64,000 nt of DNA from a virus (taxonomy: Duplodnaviria > Heunggongvirae > Uroviricota > Caudoviricetes). The notes under the pieces are model-generated. The model saw nothing but the letters and a program-made list of their open reading frames with translations, searched no databases and was not told the origin of the DNA. The translations under genes and the position numbers were made by a program. Below, piece by piece: positions 1-9,867 of the stretch (its first letter is position 1; each line of letters starts with the position of its first letter). The stretch lies in IMG/VR virus record IMGVR_UViG_2609459800_000001; one strand, 5' to 3'.

Positions 1-1591
1 TCCATGGCAGGAGTTCGTCAACTCGGTTGGAAGGCCATTCCGGCAGTACGCTCAGGATATGGCGCAGATACGCTTCCGGATCGATACCGTTCAGACGGCA
101 GGTGCCGATCAGCCCGTACAACAGTGCTCCACGCTCGCCGCCGTGATCGCTGCCAAAGAACATAAAGTTTTTCTTTCCGAGACAGACTGCACGAAGCGCT
201 CTTTCCGCAGCATTATTATCCGCCTCCGCCAGACCGTCATCACTGTAATAACAGAGGGCATCCCACTGATTCAGTACATAGCTGAACGCTTCGCCCAGTC
301 TGGATTTTTTCGACAGCGTACCATTCTTCTCCACCATCCATTCATGCAGCGACGTCAGTAACACTTTGCTTCGCTGCTGCCTGACGGCAAGACGCTCTGA
401 CTCCGGTAATCCCCGTATTTCATCCTCGATGGCGTACAGTTCACTGATTCGCTTCAGGGCTTCTTCTGCCGTCGCACTTTTGCTGCTGATGTATACATCG
501 TGGATTTTTCGCCGGGCATGGGCCCAGCACGCAACTTCTGTCAGTGCACCACCTTCACGTTCTGCACTGAACAACCTGTCGTAACCTGTGAACGCATCCG
601 CCTGCAGGATACCCCGGAAGGGGCGGAGGTGTTGCTCCGGGTGTTTCCCCTGCCGGTTCGGCGAGTACGCGAACCAGACCGCTGGAGGAGATGACGAACC
701 CACATTGCGATCATCCCGGACATACGTCCAGATACGCCCTGTTTTCGCCTTTTTCTGACCCGGTGCCAGTACCTTTACCGGTGTGTCATCAGTGTGAACC
801 TTGCGGGTGTTCATTACATAACGGTACAGGGCATCATTCACCGGTGTCATTAACTGGCAGCACGCGTCAACCCAGTTGGAGAGTAAGGCCCGGCTCAGTT
901 CGACACCCTGGCGGGCAAAGATTTCACTCTGACGATACAGTGGCAGATGTTCGCAGTATTTTCCCGTTAACACGCGGGCAAGTAATCCGGGGCCCGCGAT
1001 ACCACGCTCTATCGGGCGGGACGGCGCCGGTGCTTCAACAATACAGTCACATTTTGTACAGGCTTTTTTTACCCGTTCTGTGCGGATCACTTTCAGGGCA
1101 CTGCTCACCAGTTCCAGCTGTTCAGCGCTGACTTCCCCCAGATAATCCAGCTCACCGCCACACTCCGGGCAACAGCTTTCTTCTGGCTCCAGGCGGTGTA
1201 TTTCACGGGGAAGGTGTGCCGGTAACGGACGACGATGGCGCGACTGTCGCAACTGGCGGGGAACCTGAGGATCGTCTTCCCGCCCACTGTAACGATCGCT
1301 GTCCTGTTCACGTTGTTTCAGCAGAGCCTCAGCCAGTTCAACTTCACGACGCAGTTTTTCAGAACGGGTACCGAACAGCATCCGGCGCAGTTTTTCTATC
1401 TGAGCCCGCAGATGTTCTATTTCCCGTTCATCTTCTTCGATCTTTTCTTCGGCACGTGTCAGTGCAGAGCGCAGGAAGGCTTCCGTCTCTTCAACCAGAC
1501 TCAGTTGCTGGTCTTTCTGACGGAGGGCTTCAGCCTGCTCAGAGAGCAACCTTTCCAGCTCTGCGATGCGAATGAGGTATTTCTGACTCAT
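1..1591 (-). CDS. tnpC: IS66-family transposase TnpC, 3' end cut by window edge
   Basis: Minus-strand frame open from ATG at 1589-1591 to position 1; translation MSQKYLIRIAELERLLSEQAEALRQ... recognised as IS66 transposase; absent from ORF track because no stop in window. Confidence 0.85.
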   Translation of the reverse strand, partial: MSQKYLIRIAELERLLSEQAEALRQKDQQLSLVEETEAFLRSALTRAEEKIEEDEREIEHLRAQIEKLRRMLFGTRSEKLRREVELAEALLKQREQDSDRYSGREDDPQVPRQLRQSRHRRPLPAHLPREIHRLEPEESCCPECGGELDYLGEVSAEQLELVSSALKVIRTERVKKACTKCDCIVEAPAPSRPIERGIAGPGLLARVLTGKYCEHLPLYRQSEIFARQGVELSRALLSNWVDACCQLMTPVNDALYRYVMNTRKVHTDDTPVKVLAPGQKKAKTGRIWTYVRDDRNVGSSSPPAVWFAYSPNRQGKHPEQHLRPFRGILQADAFTGYDRLFSAEREGGALTEVACWAHARRKIHDVYISSKSATAEEALKRISELYAIEDEIRGLPESERLAVRQQRSKVLLTSLHEWMVEKNGTLSKKSRLGEAFSYVLNQWDALCYYSDDGLAEADNNAAERALRAVCLGKKNFMFFGSDHGGERGALLYGLIGTCRLNGIDPEAYLRHILSVLPEWPSNRVDELLPW

Positions 1592-1621
1592 GACCGTTTT
1601 TATAATGCGGTCAGGAGTTTT

Positions 1622-1972
1622 TTACAACATTGTCAGTGAGTTACGGCTGGATGTTTTTGGCTGACGCCAGTCCAGCTTATCGAGGAGCATTGCCAGTTGC
1701 GAGCGGGTAATGGATACCTTGCCGTCACGTACCGCAGGCCAGATAAACTGGCCTTCCTCCAGGCGTTTGGTGAACAGGCACAGACCATCAGCATCAGCCC
1801 AAAGAATTTTGACGGTGTCACCCCGTCGGCCACGGAAGATAAACAGGTGACCGGAGAAGGGATTATCATTCAGCACATGTTGTACCTGTTCTCCCAGTCC
1901 GTTGAAGGATTTACGCATATCGGTAACGCCGGCAACGAGCCAGATACGGGTACCTGATGGGAGTGAGATCAT
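1622..1972 (-). CDS. tnpB: IS66 accessory protein TnpB
   Basis: ORF track 116 aa MISLPSGTRIWLVAGVTDMRKSFNGL...; 4-bp overlap with tnpA. Confidence 0.85.
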   Translation of the reverse strand: MISLPSGTRIWLVAGVTDMRKSFNGLGEQVQHVLNDNPFSGHLFIFRGRRGDTVKILWADADGLCLFTKRLEEGQFIWPAVRDGKVSITRSQLAMLLDKLDWRQPKTSSRNSLTML

Positions 1973-2394
1973 CTTCCCCTCCCGGTCAGTTCACGGATCA
2001 ACACTGTGAGCAGCTCTGGCGATGGATTTTCCAGCGTCATGTTACCGTGACGGAATTCCACCTTGCAGGAACTGGCACTGACTCTGGTCTGAGTGGAAGT
2101 GGATAAAGACGGCGCAATGGCCGCCACAGGTTCTTTCTGCTCATCCGGCGTTATTTCTACAGGTAATAATTCAACGCCAGTGTCAGAAGAGGTCGTTACC
2201 GGAAGACGCCGCGAAACACGCCCTTCGTTCTGCCAGAGCCTGAGCCATTTGAAAATAACATTATCATTGACGCCATTTTCACGTGCAATCTGTGCAACAC
2301 AAGCTCCAGGTTGTGATGCCAGTTCCACCATACGAAGTTTGAATTCATTCGAATAGTTTTTACGAGGTTCTTTTCGCCAGTCCTGTAATTCCAT
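1969..2394 (-). CDS. tnpA: IS66 Orf1/TnpA
   Basis: ORF track 141 aa with HTH-like N-terminus, first gene of IS66 trio. Confidence 0.8.
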   Translation of the reverse strand: MELQDWRKEPRKNYSNEFKLRMVELASQPGACVAQIARENGVNDNVIFKWLRLWQNEGRVSRRLPVTTSSDTGVELLPVEITPDEQKEPVAAIAPSLSTSTQTRVSASSCKVEFRHGNMTLENPSPELLTVLIRELTGRGR

Positions 2395-2553
2395 ACTTAG
2401 ATGTCCGTCTATATCAGATGGGCGTCTAAGTTACCAATTCTCGTCTGATGGCTACATACGGCGGTCAGTTTACGCTTACGACAAAGCTGTTTTTAACGTA
2501 GAAAAGAATGACATGTCTTCCTCCTGAAGAAAAATTATCAATGAAGTCCTTTG

Positions 2554-3342
2554 TTACTGTGCCGCTTTGTTTAATTCATCAAGAACAGAATCAGGAACCA
2601 AAGCGGCAACTGCGCTGGCTGTGCTGGCCTTATTTGCTGATGCTTCCGCAAGCGCGGTACCGATAGCATGGTTATAAGCAGTTATGGCTACGCTGGCGCT
2701 TTCCTTCGCTCGTTCATACTGCTGTTGCAATGCTGCTACCGGTACTGTTGTCTGGTCGAAAAAAGCACCAAATTGTTCAGTAGCTTCCTTCAGTGCTTCA
2801 ACTTGTTGTTCTGTCAGTGCTGGTGGGGGAGTGACTGCGCCGCCACCTGAATCAGAGCCTGACGAGCTTCCTGAGCCTGTGTTAAGGGTCTGGTTAATGT
2901 CCTCCATAGCAGCGACTAAACTCGACGTATTAAGCGCATTTACAGCGTCCTCAAGCGGTTTCGTTGTAGTCGCGTCACCAATGGCAATAGAGATCGGCAG
3001 TTCTGAAACTTCTCGCTCATTAGCACGACAGTAAACATCCCAACCAATATCGAGTTGAAGGAGCATTGACAGATCAGCATAACCAGCCAACAGGTCCGCG
3101 TGCTGAGTTGCCAGCCCTCCAATATTCGTTAAACCGGTTGCGGTTGTTCTGATCGTTGAAACATAGCTGGTAATAGTGTCGGGATAGACAATTGTATCCA
3201 GAATTAATCCGGTCAATTCTTCTGCAAGCAGTTTTGCTGTGTTAGCACTGTTTCGTGCCGATGTTATGGCACCAGGTGTTTTCATCCCACCGGCGGCGGC
3301 CAATTTTTTATATGCGGATAACTGGTAGTCTTTTTCCAGCAT
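2554..3342 (-). CDS. hypothetical protein with Gly/Ser-rich linker
   Basis: ORF track 281 aa; likely start at internal Met (MLEKDYQ) preceded by AGGAG; GSGSSSGSDSGGG linker; no family assigned. Confidence 0.4.
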   Translation of the reverse strand: MLEKDYQLSAYKKLAAAGGMKTPGAITSARNSANTAKLLAEELTGLILDTIVYPDTITSYVSTIRTTATGLTNIGGLATQHADLLAGYADLSMLLQLDIGWDVYCRANEREVSELPISIAIGDATTTKPLEDAVNALNTSSLVAAMEDINQTLNTGSGSSSGSDSGGGAVTPPPALTEQQVEALKEATEQFGAFFDQTTVPVAALQQQYERAKESASVAITAYNHAIGTALAEASANKASTASAVAALVPDSVLDELNKAAQ

Positions 3343-3350
3343 GATATCTC

Positions 3351-3635
3351 CTAACTTACCTGAACCAGGCCGTCTCCGGCTGCAACGGTAGAGCCGCATG
3401 AAACAGGATCACCAACGCATACGATCCCTTTCCCGTTGACGGTAAACCATGCCCTGGTTGATATAGCTTGCCCGCCGTGCGTGCTGTTCCCATCGGTATG
3501 CTGTGCATATTGCTTACCATCAACTAACACTTTGACTCCGTTGACTTTAAGTAGTGGTTCGCTCTCTACGGGAGGCCTGGATGGGAATCCTCCGTGCCCC
3601 GAACAAATGCTGTCTTTTGTTGCAATACTTGCCAC
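3351..3635 (-). CDS. PAAR-like small Gly/His/Cys-rich protein
   Basis: ORF track 94 aa; motifs CSGHGG, HTDGNSTHGG, CVGDPVSCGS resemble PAAR-like spike-tip domains; by eye only. Confidence 0.4.
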   Translation of the reverse strand: MASIATKDSICSGHGGFPSRPPVESEPLLKVNGVKVLVDGKQYAQHTDGNSTHGGQAISTRAWFTVNGKGIVCVGDPVSCGSTVAAGDGLVQVS

Positions 3636-3716
3636 GTCATCACCAATGATTTGCTCTGATTTTCGTTATTTTAACTTAGGTTATTTGTGGTCTGTATGGC
3701 GTTTACTTATTGCAAA

Positions 3717-3733
3717 ATTGCTCTAATAAATAT
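3717..3733 (+). promoter_or_regulatory. C1 repressor operator-like site
   Basis: ATTGCTCTAATAAATAT, 16/17 match to ATTGCTCTAATAAATTT; upstream of uhr-like/hrdC. Confidence 0.5.
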
Positions 3734-3804
3734 TGTTTTTTATGTCGTGTTTTCGGTACCATTCAGCCATCGCCCTTCAATGGGCATTTGTTTGGAGTCG
3801 TCAG

Positions 3805-4089
3805 ATGCAGATGGAGCTAATAAGCCGCAAGGAGTTCGATAGCCGTGTAACCAGCGGTGAACTCGACAACTTGCAGGCTATCAAGGTGAAAGAAGGCTTT
3901 TGCCTCATTGGGAATCAGAGCGGAACAAATCGCGTTTTTATGCTTCGCCGTACGGATTTGAAGCCATTTGTCTGGAAGAACGAAATTGGTCCCAGCTCAT
4001 ACGCTCAAACGAGGGGGTGCCACAACCTGGCCTTTTTCTACAAAGACGAGCTTTCTGTGGTTGATATTCAAGGGTTACAACATGTTTAA
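3805..4089 (+). CDS. hypothetical protein upstream of hrdC (uhr-like position)
   Basis: ORF track 3733..4089; start moved to Met 25 ([11 protein letters not shown]) which has GGAG 7 nt upstream. Confidence 0.45.
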   Translation: MQMELISRKEFDSRVTSGELDNLQAIKVKEGFCLIGNQSGTNRVFMLRRTDLKPFVWKNEIGPSSYAQTRGCHNLAFFYKDELSVVDIQGLQHV

Positions 4090-4987
4090 GCACTGGAAAA
4101 ACATTACTATTTATAAACTTTCTCGTGAGGCGGATCTGACCGACTTAGAAGATAAAAAGAAAATGATCCTTTTCACGCCATGCGGTAGTCAGGATATGGC
4201 CAAGTTCGGTTTTGTATCTCCATTTGGTGATAATTCCGAAGTTATCGCTATGCATGGAAATGGTTTTATCCTTGTTGAAGCAAAGCGCGAAACAAAAATT
4301 CTTCCCCCGCCGGTTATCCAGCGAGCTATTCAAGAAAAAATTGAAAAACTTGAGCAAGAACAAGCGCGTAAACTGAAGAAAACAGAGAAGGACTCCCTGA
4401 AAGACGAAGTTCTGCATTCTCTTCTGCCACGGGCTTTTTCAAAGTTTTCTGTTATCCAGGCGATCTACGACGGTTCAACTAAACGTATCTATATCAATGC
4501 CAGCGCGCGGCAGGCAGAGGATATGCTCGCGCTTATGCGTAAGTCTCTGGGTTCTCTTCCTGTTGTTCCCCTGAGTGTTGAAAATCCCATTGAATTAACG
4601 CTGACCGACTGGGTACGTGATGGTAGTGCTCCACAGGGATTTCAAATGGGGGATGCGGCAGAACTTAAGGCAGTGCTTGAGGATGGCGGTATTGCCCGAG
4701 TGAAAAAGCAGGATTTGGGAAGCGATGAAATTTCCACACACCTGGAAGCTGGCAAGCTCGTTACTAAGTTGGCACTCGACTGGCAGAACCGCATTAAATT
4801 TACACTGGACCATAACTTCAGCCTTACCAGCGTCAAATTTGCGGATGAATTGCTTGAGCAGAACTCTGATATTGATAGTAAAGATGTTGCGCAGCGACTG
4901 GACGCAGATTTCTTCCTGTTGACCAGTGAAATTTCGTGCCTGGTTGATGCTCTGGTAAATGCCCTTGGTGGAGAGGCTAAGCAGTGA
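4082..4987 (+). CDS. hrdC: RdgC-like recombination-associated protein
   Basis: Translation from [16 protein letters not shown]... collinear with RdgC ([61 protein letters not shown]); ~302 aa. Confidence 0.8.
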   Translation: MFKHWKNITIYKLSREADLTDLEDKKKMILFTPCGSQDMAKFGFVSPFGDNSEVIAMHGNGFILVEAKRETKILPPPVIQRAIQEKIEKLEQEQARKLKKTEKDSLKDEVLHSLLPRAFSKFSVIQAIYDGSTKRIYINASARQAEDMLALMRKSLGSLPVVPLSVENPIELTLTDWVRDGSAPQGFQMGDAAELKAVLEDGGIARVKKQDLGSDEISTHLEAGKLVTKLALDWQNRIKFTLDHNFSLTSVKFADELLEQNSDIDSKDVAQRLDADFFLLTSEISCLVDALVNALGGEAKQ

Positions 4988-7248
4988 AAGAGCTGTGCTA
5001 TGGATCTGTTTGCAGTGGAATTGAAGCCGCGAGTATTGCCTGGGAACCGTTGGGTATGCGTCCGGCGTGGTTTGCTGAAATCGAGCCTTTTCCATCTGCC
5101 GTTCTTGCGCACCGCTGGCCCCATGTCGCCAACCTTGGCGACATGACAAAACTTGCCAAAAAAGTCCTGGCTGGGGAAATCGAATCCCCTGATGTGCTCG
5201 TCGGGGGTACGCCTTGTCAGGCATTCAGTATCGCGGGCTTACGTGGTGGGCTTGATGATGAACGCGGCGCGCTAACTTTGAAGTATGTGGAGCTTGCAAA
5301 TGCAATTGACGACAAACGGTCTGAGTCCTTCCTCAAACCGACAGTTATCGTCTGGGAAAATGTCCCAGGAGTCCTGTCATCGGCAGATAACGCCTTCGGA
5401 TGTTTCCTTGCCGGATTGGCTGGAGAAGATGCGCCATTTGAACCAGGTGATCGACCTGAATCAGGAAAAAGTAACGCGTTCTGGCGGTGGGATGGCAAAA
5501 CCGGTTGCCATGCTCCAAAGTGGCCGCAGTGTGGTTGTATTTATGGACCGCAGCGAAAGGTGGCCTGGAGAATCCTTGATGCCCAATACTTCGGAGTGGC
5601 ACAACGACGCCGACGCGTGTTTGTTGTCGCAAGTGCTCGAACAGACCTCGATCCCGCAACGGTACTTTTTGAGTTCGAAGGCGTGCGTCGGAATATTGCG
5701 CCGAGCCGAAAAAAGAAGGAAATCGCTTCCGCCATTATTGCAAATGGCGCTGCAATCAGTGGCGAAAGCCTAAATCCATGCCTACACGCTGACATGCCAC
5801 CCGGTATGAAATCGACGAAAGCCGTAAACGCTTTCAGGATGGCAGCATTTGGGGAATATATTGACGATGAAACCGCATCGACAGTAAAGGCAAGAGATTT
5901 TAAAGATGCCACTGACCTTGCCGTTTTTAGCAGCACAGGAGCAGGTTTTTGGTCAGAAGGGCATGGTACATTGCGGGCACGTGAGCAAGAAAGCCATGAG
6001 CATCTTGTTACATTGGCTTTTCCTGAGCGTATGAGCGGTACACAACATGCTGCAACTAAGAATACTTCACCATCTCTAATGGCTAAAAATCCAACAGCTG
6101 TTTGCTATGAAGTAAGAAACGCAGAAGTAGCTGTCCGCCGTCTTACCCCTGTTGAATGTGAAAGGCTGCAAGGTTTTCCTGATGGGCATACGTTGATCCC
6201 GACGGAAAAGCGTAAAAAAGTTAATTCAGATGAACTGGCATATCTTCGCAATCACTATCCAGATTTAAGCGAAGAAGAGGCCGCGATGCTTGCAGCTGAC
6301 GGACCGCGTTACAAAGCGATCGGCAATAGTATGGCAATACCAGTAATGCGCTGGATTGGCGATCGGATTACTAAGGCCGTATGTCGGCAGAAAGAAGGAA
6401 GTGAAACAAAAGAGCGAAAAGTTAAACCAGCGGCAGAATTCGAACGGTCCATATTCAAATGGGCTGGTGGAAAATTTGGTGTTCTGGAACAAATCTTTCG
6501 CTATTTGCCAGAAGGGAAGCGCCTGATCGAACCTTTTGTCGGTGGCGGAGCTGTCTTCACGAATGCCGGATACCAGGAAAATCTACTAAATGATGTGAAT
6601 GCTGACCTGATTAACTTTTACAAGACTCTGCAACGCGAGGCGCATTCACTTATCACACTGGCGCATCGTTTCTTCCAGGACTACAACACACAGGAAGGAT
6701 ACCTGGCAGTACGGAATGCGTTTAACAAACAAGTCTATGATGATTTACATCGCGCAGCGGCGTTTTTGTTCCTGAACCGACATTGTTTTAACGGATTGAC
6801 GCGTTACAACCAGGCCGGTGAGTTCAATGTCGGTTACGGGAAGTATAAAACTCCGTATTTCCCATTACAGGAGATGGAAGCCTTCCTCGGTGCGGAAGGG
6901 CGGTCTGAGTTTGTATGCGGTGATTTTGCAGCGGTGATTGAAGCTGCCGGAGAAGGAGATGTCATCTTTTGCGATCCGCCGTATGAACCGCTTCCAAATA
7001 CAGAGGGATTCACGAACTATTCCGGTCATGACTTTAAGTTTGAAGAGCAAAAACGCCTGGTGTCTCTGTTGACGGATGCTCATCGTCGAGGTGCAAAGGT
7101 TCTCATTACTAACAGTGGCGCGCCAAACATCAGAGAGCTTTATCATGACAGTGGCTTCAGAGTGGAACCTCTTTTTGCCAGACGTTCTGTGTCTTGTAAG
7201 GGGGACACTCGAGGTGTAGCTCATGACGTTTTGGGTGTATTGCTCTAA
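4984..7248 (+). CDS. dmt: bifunctional DNA methyltransferase (N-terminal C5-cytosine MTase-like, C-terminal Dam-like N6-adenine MTase)
   Basis: ORF track 754 aa; GTPCQAFS and ENV motifs N-terminally, DPPY motif C-terminally; size and position match P1 Dmt. Confidence 0.8.
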   Translation: MKELCYGSVCSGIEAASIAWEPLGMRPAWFAEIEPFPSAVLAHRWPHVANLGDMTKLAKKVLAGEIESPDVLVGGTPCQAFSIAGLRGGLDDERGALTLKYVELANAIDDKRSESFLKPTVIVWENVPGVLSSADNAFGCFLAGLAGEDAPFEPGDRPESGKSNAFWRWDGKTGCHAPKWPQCGCIYGPQRKVAWRILDAQYFGVAQRRRRVFVVASARTDLDPATVLFEFEGVRRNIAPSRKKKEIASAIIANGAAISGESLNPCLHADMPPGMKSTKAVNAFRMAAFGEYIDDETASTVKARDFKDATDLAVFSSTGAGFWSEGHGTLRAREQESHEHLVTLAFPERMSGTQHAATKNTSPSLMAKNPTAVCYEVRNAEVAVRRLTPVECERLQGFPDGHTLIPTEKRKKVNSDELAYLRNHYPDLSEEEAAMLAADGPRYKAIGNSMAIPVMRWIGDRITKAVCRQKEGSETKERKVKPAAEFERSIFKWAGGKFGVLEQIFRYLPEGKRLIEPFVGGGAVFTNAGYQENLLNDVNADLINFYKTLQREAHSLITLAHRFFQDYNTQEGYLAVRNAFNKQVYDDLHRAAAFLFLNRHCFNGLTRYNQAGEFNVGYGKYKTPYFPLQEMEAFLGAEGRSEFVCGDFAAVIEAAGEGDVIFCDPPYEPLPNTEGFTNYSGHDFKFEEQKRLVSLLTDAHRRGAKVLITNSGAPNIRELYHDSGFRVEPLFARRSVSCKGDTRGVAHDVLGVLL

Positions 7249-7255
7249 TAAATTT
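7239..7255 (+). promoter_or_regulatory. C1 repressor operator (perfect consensus), likely operator of the tRNA-tci-ban operon
   Basis: ATTGCTCTAATAAATTT overlapping dmt stop; next rightward genes are tRNAs, tciA, ban. Confidence 0.6.
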
Positions 7256-7920
7256 ATTAGTGTAATATCGCCTCAATGAATCGTGATTTATAGAGCGATT
7301 TAGCTGTTAGCCGCGACAGGCGCGGCGGTAAGCATGGCTGGGCCTAGTCCTCCCAGACAAACCACCGAGTTGCCAGGTTGACCATGCGCCTAAGTGGCAA
7401 CGCCGAAGTGCGTTACGAGCTTCCAGTTTGCCCATCTTCGGGTGGGCGTTTTTTTCAGGGTTTTCGTCATGGTTAGCGACTTTGCGGCGGTTTAGAAACT
7501 GACCATTAAAGTAAATGCAAACGATGATCTGATGATGGTAGCGGCCTAAGAAGCCAGATGCCACGGGGTATGAGTCGTCCCCCGTCAAAAAATCGACCGC
7601 AGAGTGTCCCCGTCTGTGTATTAGGGAACGGGGAGGCACAACAGGTAAGGGCGCTGGTGTGATTAACCAGATGAACGAGAAGGGGCCATCTGTTGGTCAG
7701 CGTCCTTTCCTGTTGCGTTTTCTTTTCAGCGTAACAGCGGTGCTTAACAGCACTTTGGGTACAGTTCCACGAATTTACGGGTATATCCCGTCATGCTGAA
7801 GGCGCTAATCACGCTGGAAGCCAGGGTTGTGCATCCCCTGTTACCGAATTGCAGCCAGGGCGCGGTGCGCCGAAAAGCATACGGAGGTGGAAGCCCTCGC
7901 CGGAGACGTACCCGGCAAGT

Positions 7921-7996
7921 GATGGTGTAGCTCAGCGGTTAGAGCGGTTGACTGTTAATCAACGGGTCGATGGTTCAAATCCATCCACCATCGCCA
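7921..7996 (+). tRNA. tRNA-Asn (anticodon GTT)
   Basis: Cloverleaf by hand: acceptor GATGGTG/CACCATC, anticodon loop CTGTTAA, T-loop GGTTCAAATCC, encoded CCA. Confidence 0.8.
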
Positions 7997-7998
7997 AT

Positions 7999-8074
7999 GC
8001 CGGTTTAGCTCAGTTGGTAGAGCGCCTGCCTTGTAAGCAGGATGTCAGCGGTTCGAGTCCGTTAATCGGCACCA
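7999..8074 (+). tRNA. tRNA-Thr (anticodon TGT)
   Basis: Cloverleaf by hand: acceptor GCCGGTT/AATCGGC, anticodon loop CTTGTAA, T-loop GGTTCGAGTCC, encoded CCA. Confidence 0.8.
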
Positions 8075-8660
8075 GCACAACAGGTAAGGGTATTTTGCGA
8101 CGTCGGAGATCGCCGAGCTTGGCAGAGGGTTCGAATCCCTACGAAGTACCCTTACCGTTGTGATGAAGTGCAGCTCTTTGAAGCAACCAGAAGATAAGCA
8201 TCTGGCTTCACAACATAAACCGCAGGAACGACCAATAAACGGTAGTCCGTATGGAGAACACCCCGTTGAGGAAGAGGCCTGGCCGGAACCGTAACCGGCA
8301 CTACAACGTTGAGAACACTGGCGTAACGGGGTCATATCCCAATCTACGAATAAATGTTGCGTTGCAGCGTGACAACCAGTGTTCTCAACATTGTGGTGAA
8401 TGCACAGGCTGATGTGCCGCAACTACAGTAGTGCGCGCTTTGCGGGGCTTGCTACAACCCTGTGTCGGAGTTCAGCACCGACCATCACAGTTTGATTCTC
8501 TGGCATGAGCATAACGCTGAAATAAGTCCAGTCTGGTGCGGCCCGATCACCCGCCGTTAGCTCCACGAAACGGAGCACGTAACAGGTAAGAGCATTCTCC
8601 TGTAACGGGTTCATATCCCAATCTACAGGTCCACCAGGAATGCTCTTTCCGTTGCGGTGA
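8075..8660 (+). repeat. noncoding region with diverged direct repeats, a 19-bp long-range inverted repeat and a tRNA-like remnant
   Basis: GTAACGGG(G/T)TCATATCCCAATCTAC at ~8323 and ~8601; AACAGGTAAG(G/A)G at ~8078 and ~8583; CAACGTTGAGAACACTGG (8304) pairs with CCAGTGTTCTCAACATTG (8377); acceptor-like GGTAAGG/CCTTACC around 8085-8160. Confidence 0.5.
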
Positions 8661-8805
8661 ATGCGGCTAAGCGCACGCGGGGAAATGGTTATATCTGTCC
8701 ATTATTTCTCCTTATTTCCCCGTCCACGGTGGATAACCAGCTAAAGGACACCGGGAAGCACCCGGCACCGCAACCTTATTTCCCAACCAGTAATGAGGTT
8801 AATAA

Positions 8806-9231
8806 ATGCTCGGCATTCTCAAAAAGAAATTCCGCAAAGCGGCTGGCGGAGTCAAGAAGATGGAAAACCGTGATGCGGTGGAAGCGACTGTCTGGGGCGC
8901 ATATTCCATTGCATACTCTGACGGCACCTGCGATGCGAAAGAAATTGCAGTATTGGAAAAAACCATTGCAGCACTTCCTGCCTTTGCGCCGTTCTCCGGT
9001 GAAATTGCCCAGATGAGCGCCAATATTCGCGCTCAATATGAAGCCTCGCCGCGCCGAGCGAATGCCCAGGCTTTACGTGAACTGGCTGACGTGTCTGGAA
9101 CTAATGATGCGGTAGATGTTCTGTGCCTATGCATTGATATTGCTGACCAGGATGGCATTGGGGCAGAAGAGCAGGAGCAATTGAAGAAAATTGCCCAGGC
9201 TCTTCAATTGCCACTGGAACAGTATATCTGA
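8806..9231 (+). CDS. TerB-like protein (P1 tciA position)
   Basis: ORF track 141 aa; acidic TerB-like sequence; located between tRNA cluster and ban. Confidence 0.5.
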   Translation: MLGILKKKFRKAAGGVKKMENRDAVEATVWGAYSIAYSDGTCDAKEIAVLEKTIAALPAFAPFSGEIAQMSANIRAQYEASPRRANAQALRELADVSGTNDAVDVLCLCIDIADQDGIGAEEQEQLKKIAQALQLPLEQYI

Positions 9232-9395
9232 TGGTTATAAAAGCACGTCTAATTCTGGCTTTGGTTTTTCTCGTGCTATCTGTGCTGGTGGATTTCACCA
9301 GCACAATCCTGTCGGTTTTATCCGACGGGGCGTTGGTAGCAGTAGCTGTAACATTGGTATGGCCGATATTAAAAACAGCTTCTAAGGATCAGTGA
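9231..9395 (+). CDS. small hydrophobic membrane protein (54 aa)
   Basis: ATG overlaps tciA stop; MVIKARLILALVFLVLSVLVDFTSTILSVLSDGALVAVAVTLVWPILKTASKDQ; below ORF-track cutoff. Confidence 0.35.
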   Translation: MVIKARLILALVFLVLSVLVDFTSTILSVLSDGALVAVAVTLVWPILKTASKDQ

Positions 9396-9502
9396 TGGGC
9401 TTCTGGGATTTTGCTGACAAGCATCCAATTGTTCTCGTTGTCATTGCTGGCATAGTTGTGGGCGGTATTGCTGGCGTCATAGAAGCACTCAGGAAACAGT
9501 AA
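9395..9502 (+). CDS. small hydrophobic membrane protein (35 aa)
   Basis: ATG overlaps previous stop; MGFWDFADKHPIVLVVIAGIVVGGIAGVIEALRKQ. Confidence 0.3.
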   Translation: MGFWDFADKHPIVLVVIAGIVVGGIAGVIEALRKQ

Positions 9503-9505
9503 TCC

Positions 9506-9581
9506 GGCCCTTTAGCTCAGTGGTTAGAGCTGGCGACTCATAATCGCACGGTCACCGGTTCAAGTCCGGTAGGGGCCACCA
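9506..9581 (+). tRNA. tRNA with CAT anticodon (Met or lysidine-modified Ile)
   Basis: Cloverleaf by hand: acceptor GGCCCTT/AGGGGCC, anticodon loop CTCATAA, T-loop GGTTCAAGTCC, encoded CCA. Confidence 0.75.
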
Positions 9582-9867
9582 TATTTGGTTGTAACACGGC
9601 GTCTGGCACATGCGTCGTTAGCGGTCTGGTGACGTTAAAAGGGGGGAACCTTGCCCCTAGCTCAGGCAACGAACCAGGTAGCCGGAATGTGCAAGCCACC
9701 GTTTGTTGTTTCTCGGGTAAAGGGATTCACCATCCTGGCGATTCGGTGTGACAGCCGGGAAGAGTCCGGCGCATTAATCCTGATTTTCTGGTGATGACTC
9801 ATATCGTTAGGAGTGATTTGAGTATGCCGATTATATCTGACATTCAGCACGCCTGGGTGGAGTGCTA

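Larger units (their letters stand above)
1..2479 (-). mobile_element. IS66-family insertion sequence, partial (continues left of window)
   Basis: tnpA-tnpB-tnpC trio in IS66 order on minus strand; terminal sequence GTAAGCGTAAACTGACCGCC (minus-strand reading) near 2460-2479. Confidence 0.8.

Noticed and set aside
59-1639. Plus-strand ORFs (59..361, 366..584, 691..1131, 1216..1575, 1235..1639) inside the IS66 element
   Set aside because: They are antisense to the uninterrupted tnpC frame and have low-complexity translations; spurious.
5217-7224. Minus-strand ORFs inside dmt (5217..5498, 5345..5659, 5541..5936, 6265..6492, 6865..7224)
   Set aside because: Entirely antisense to a well-supported 754-aa methyltransferase gene; no independent signals.
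7307-7639. 110-aa minus-strand ORF between dmt and the tRNA cluster
   Set aside because: No ribosome-binding site, Arg/Gly-rich low-complexity translation, lies in the operator-proximal leader of the rightward tRNA-ban operon.
8085-8160. Possible third tRNA gene after tRNA-Thr
   Set aside because: An acceptor-like stem (GGTAAGG/CCTTACC) and a T-loop-like GGTTCGAATCC exist, but 8 extra nt separate T-stem and acceptor stem and no D-arm or anticodon arm folds; treated as remnant or structured RNA.
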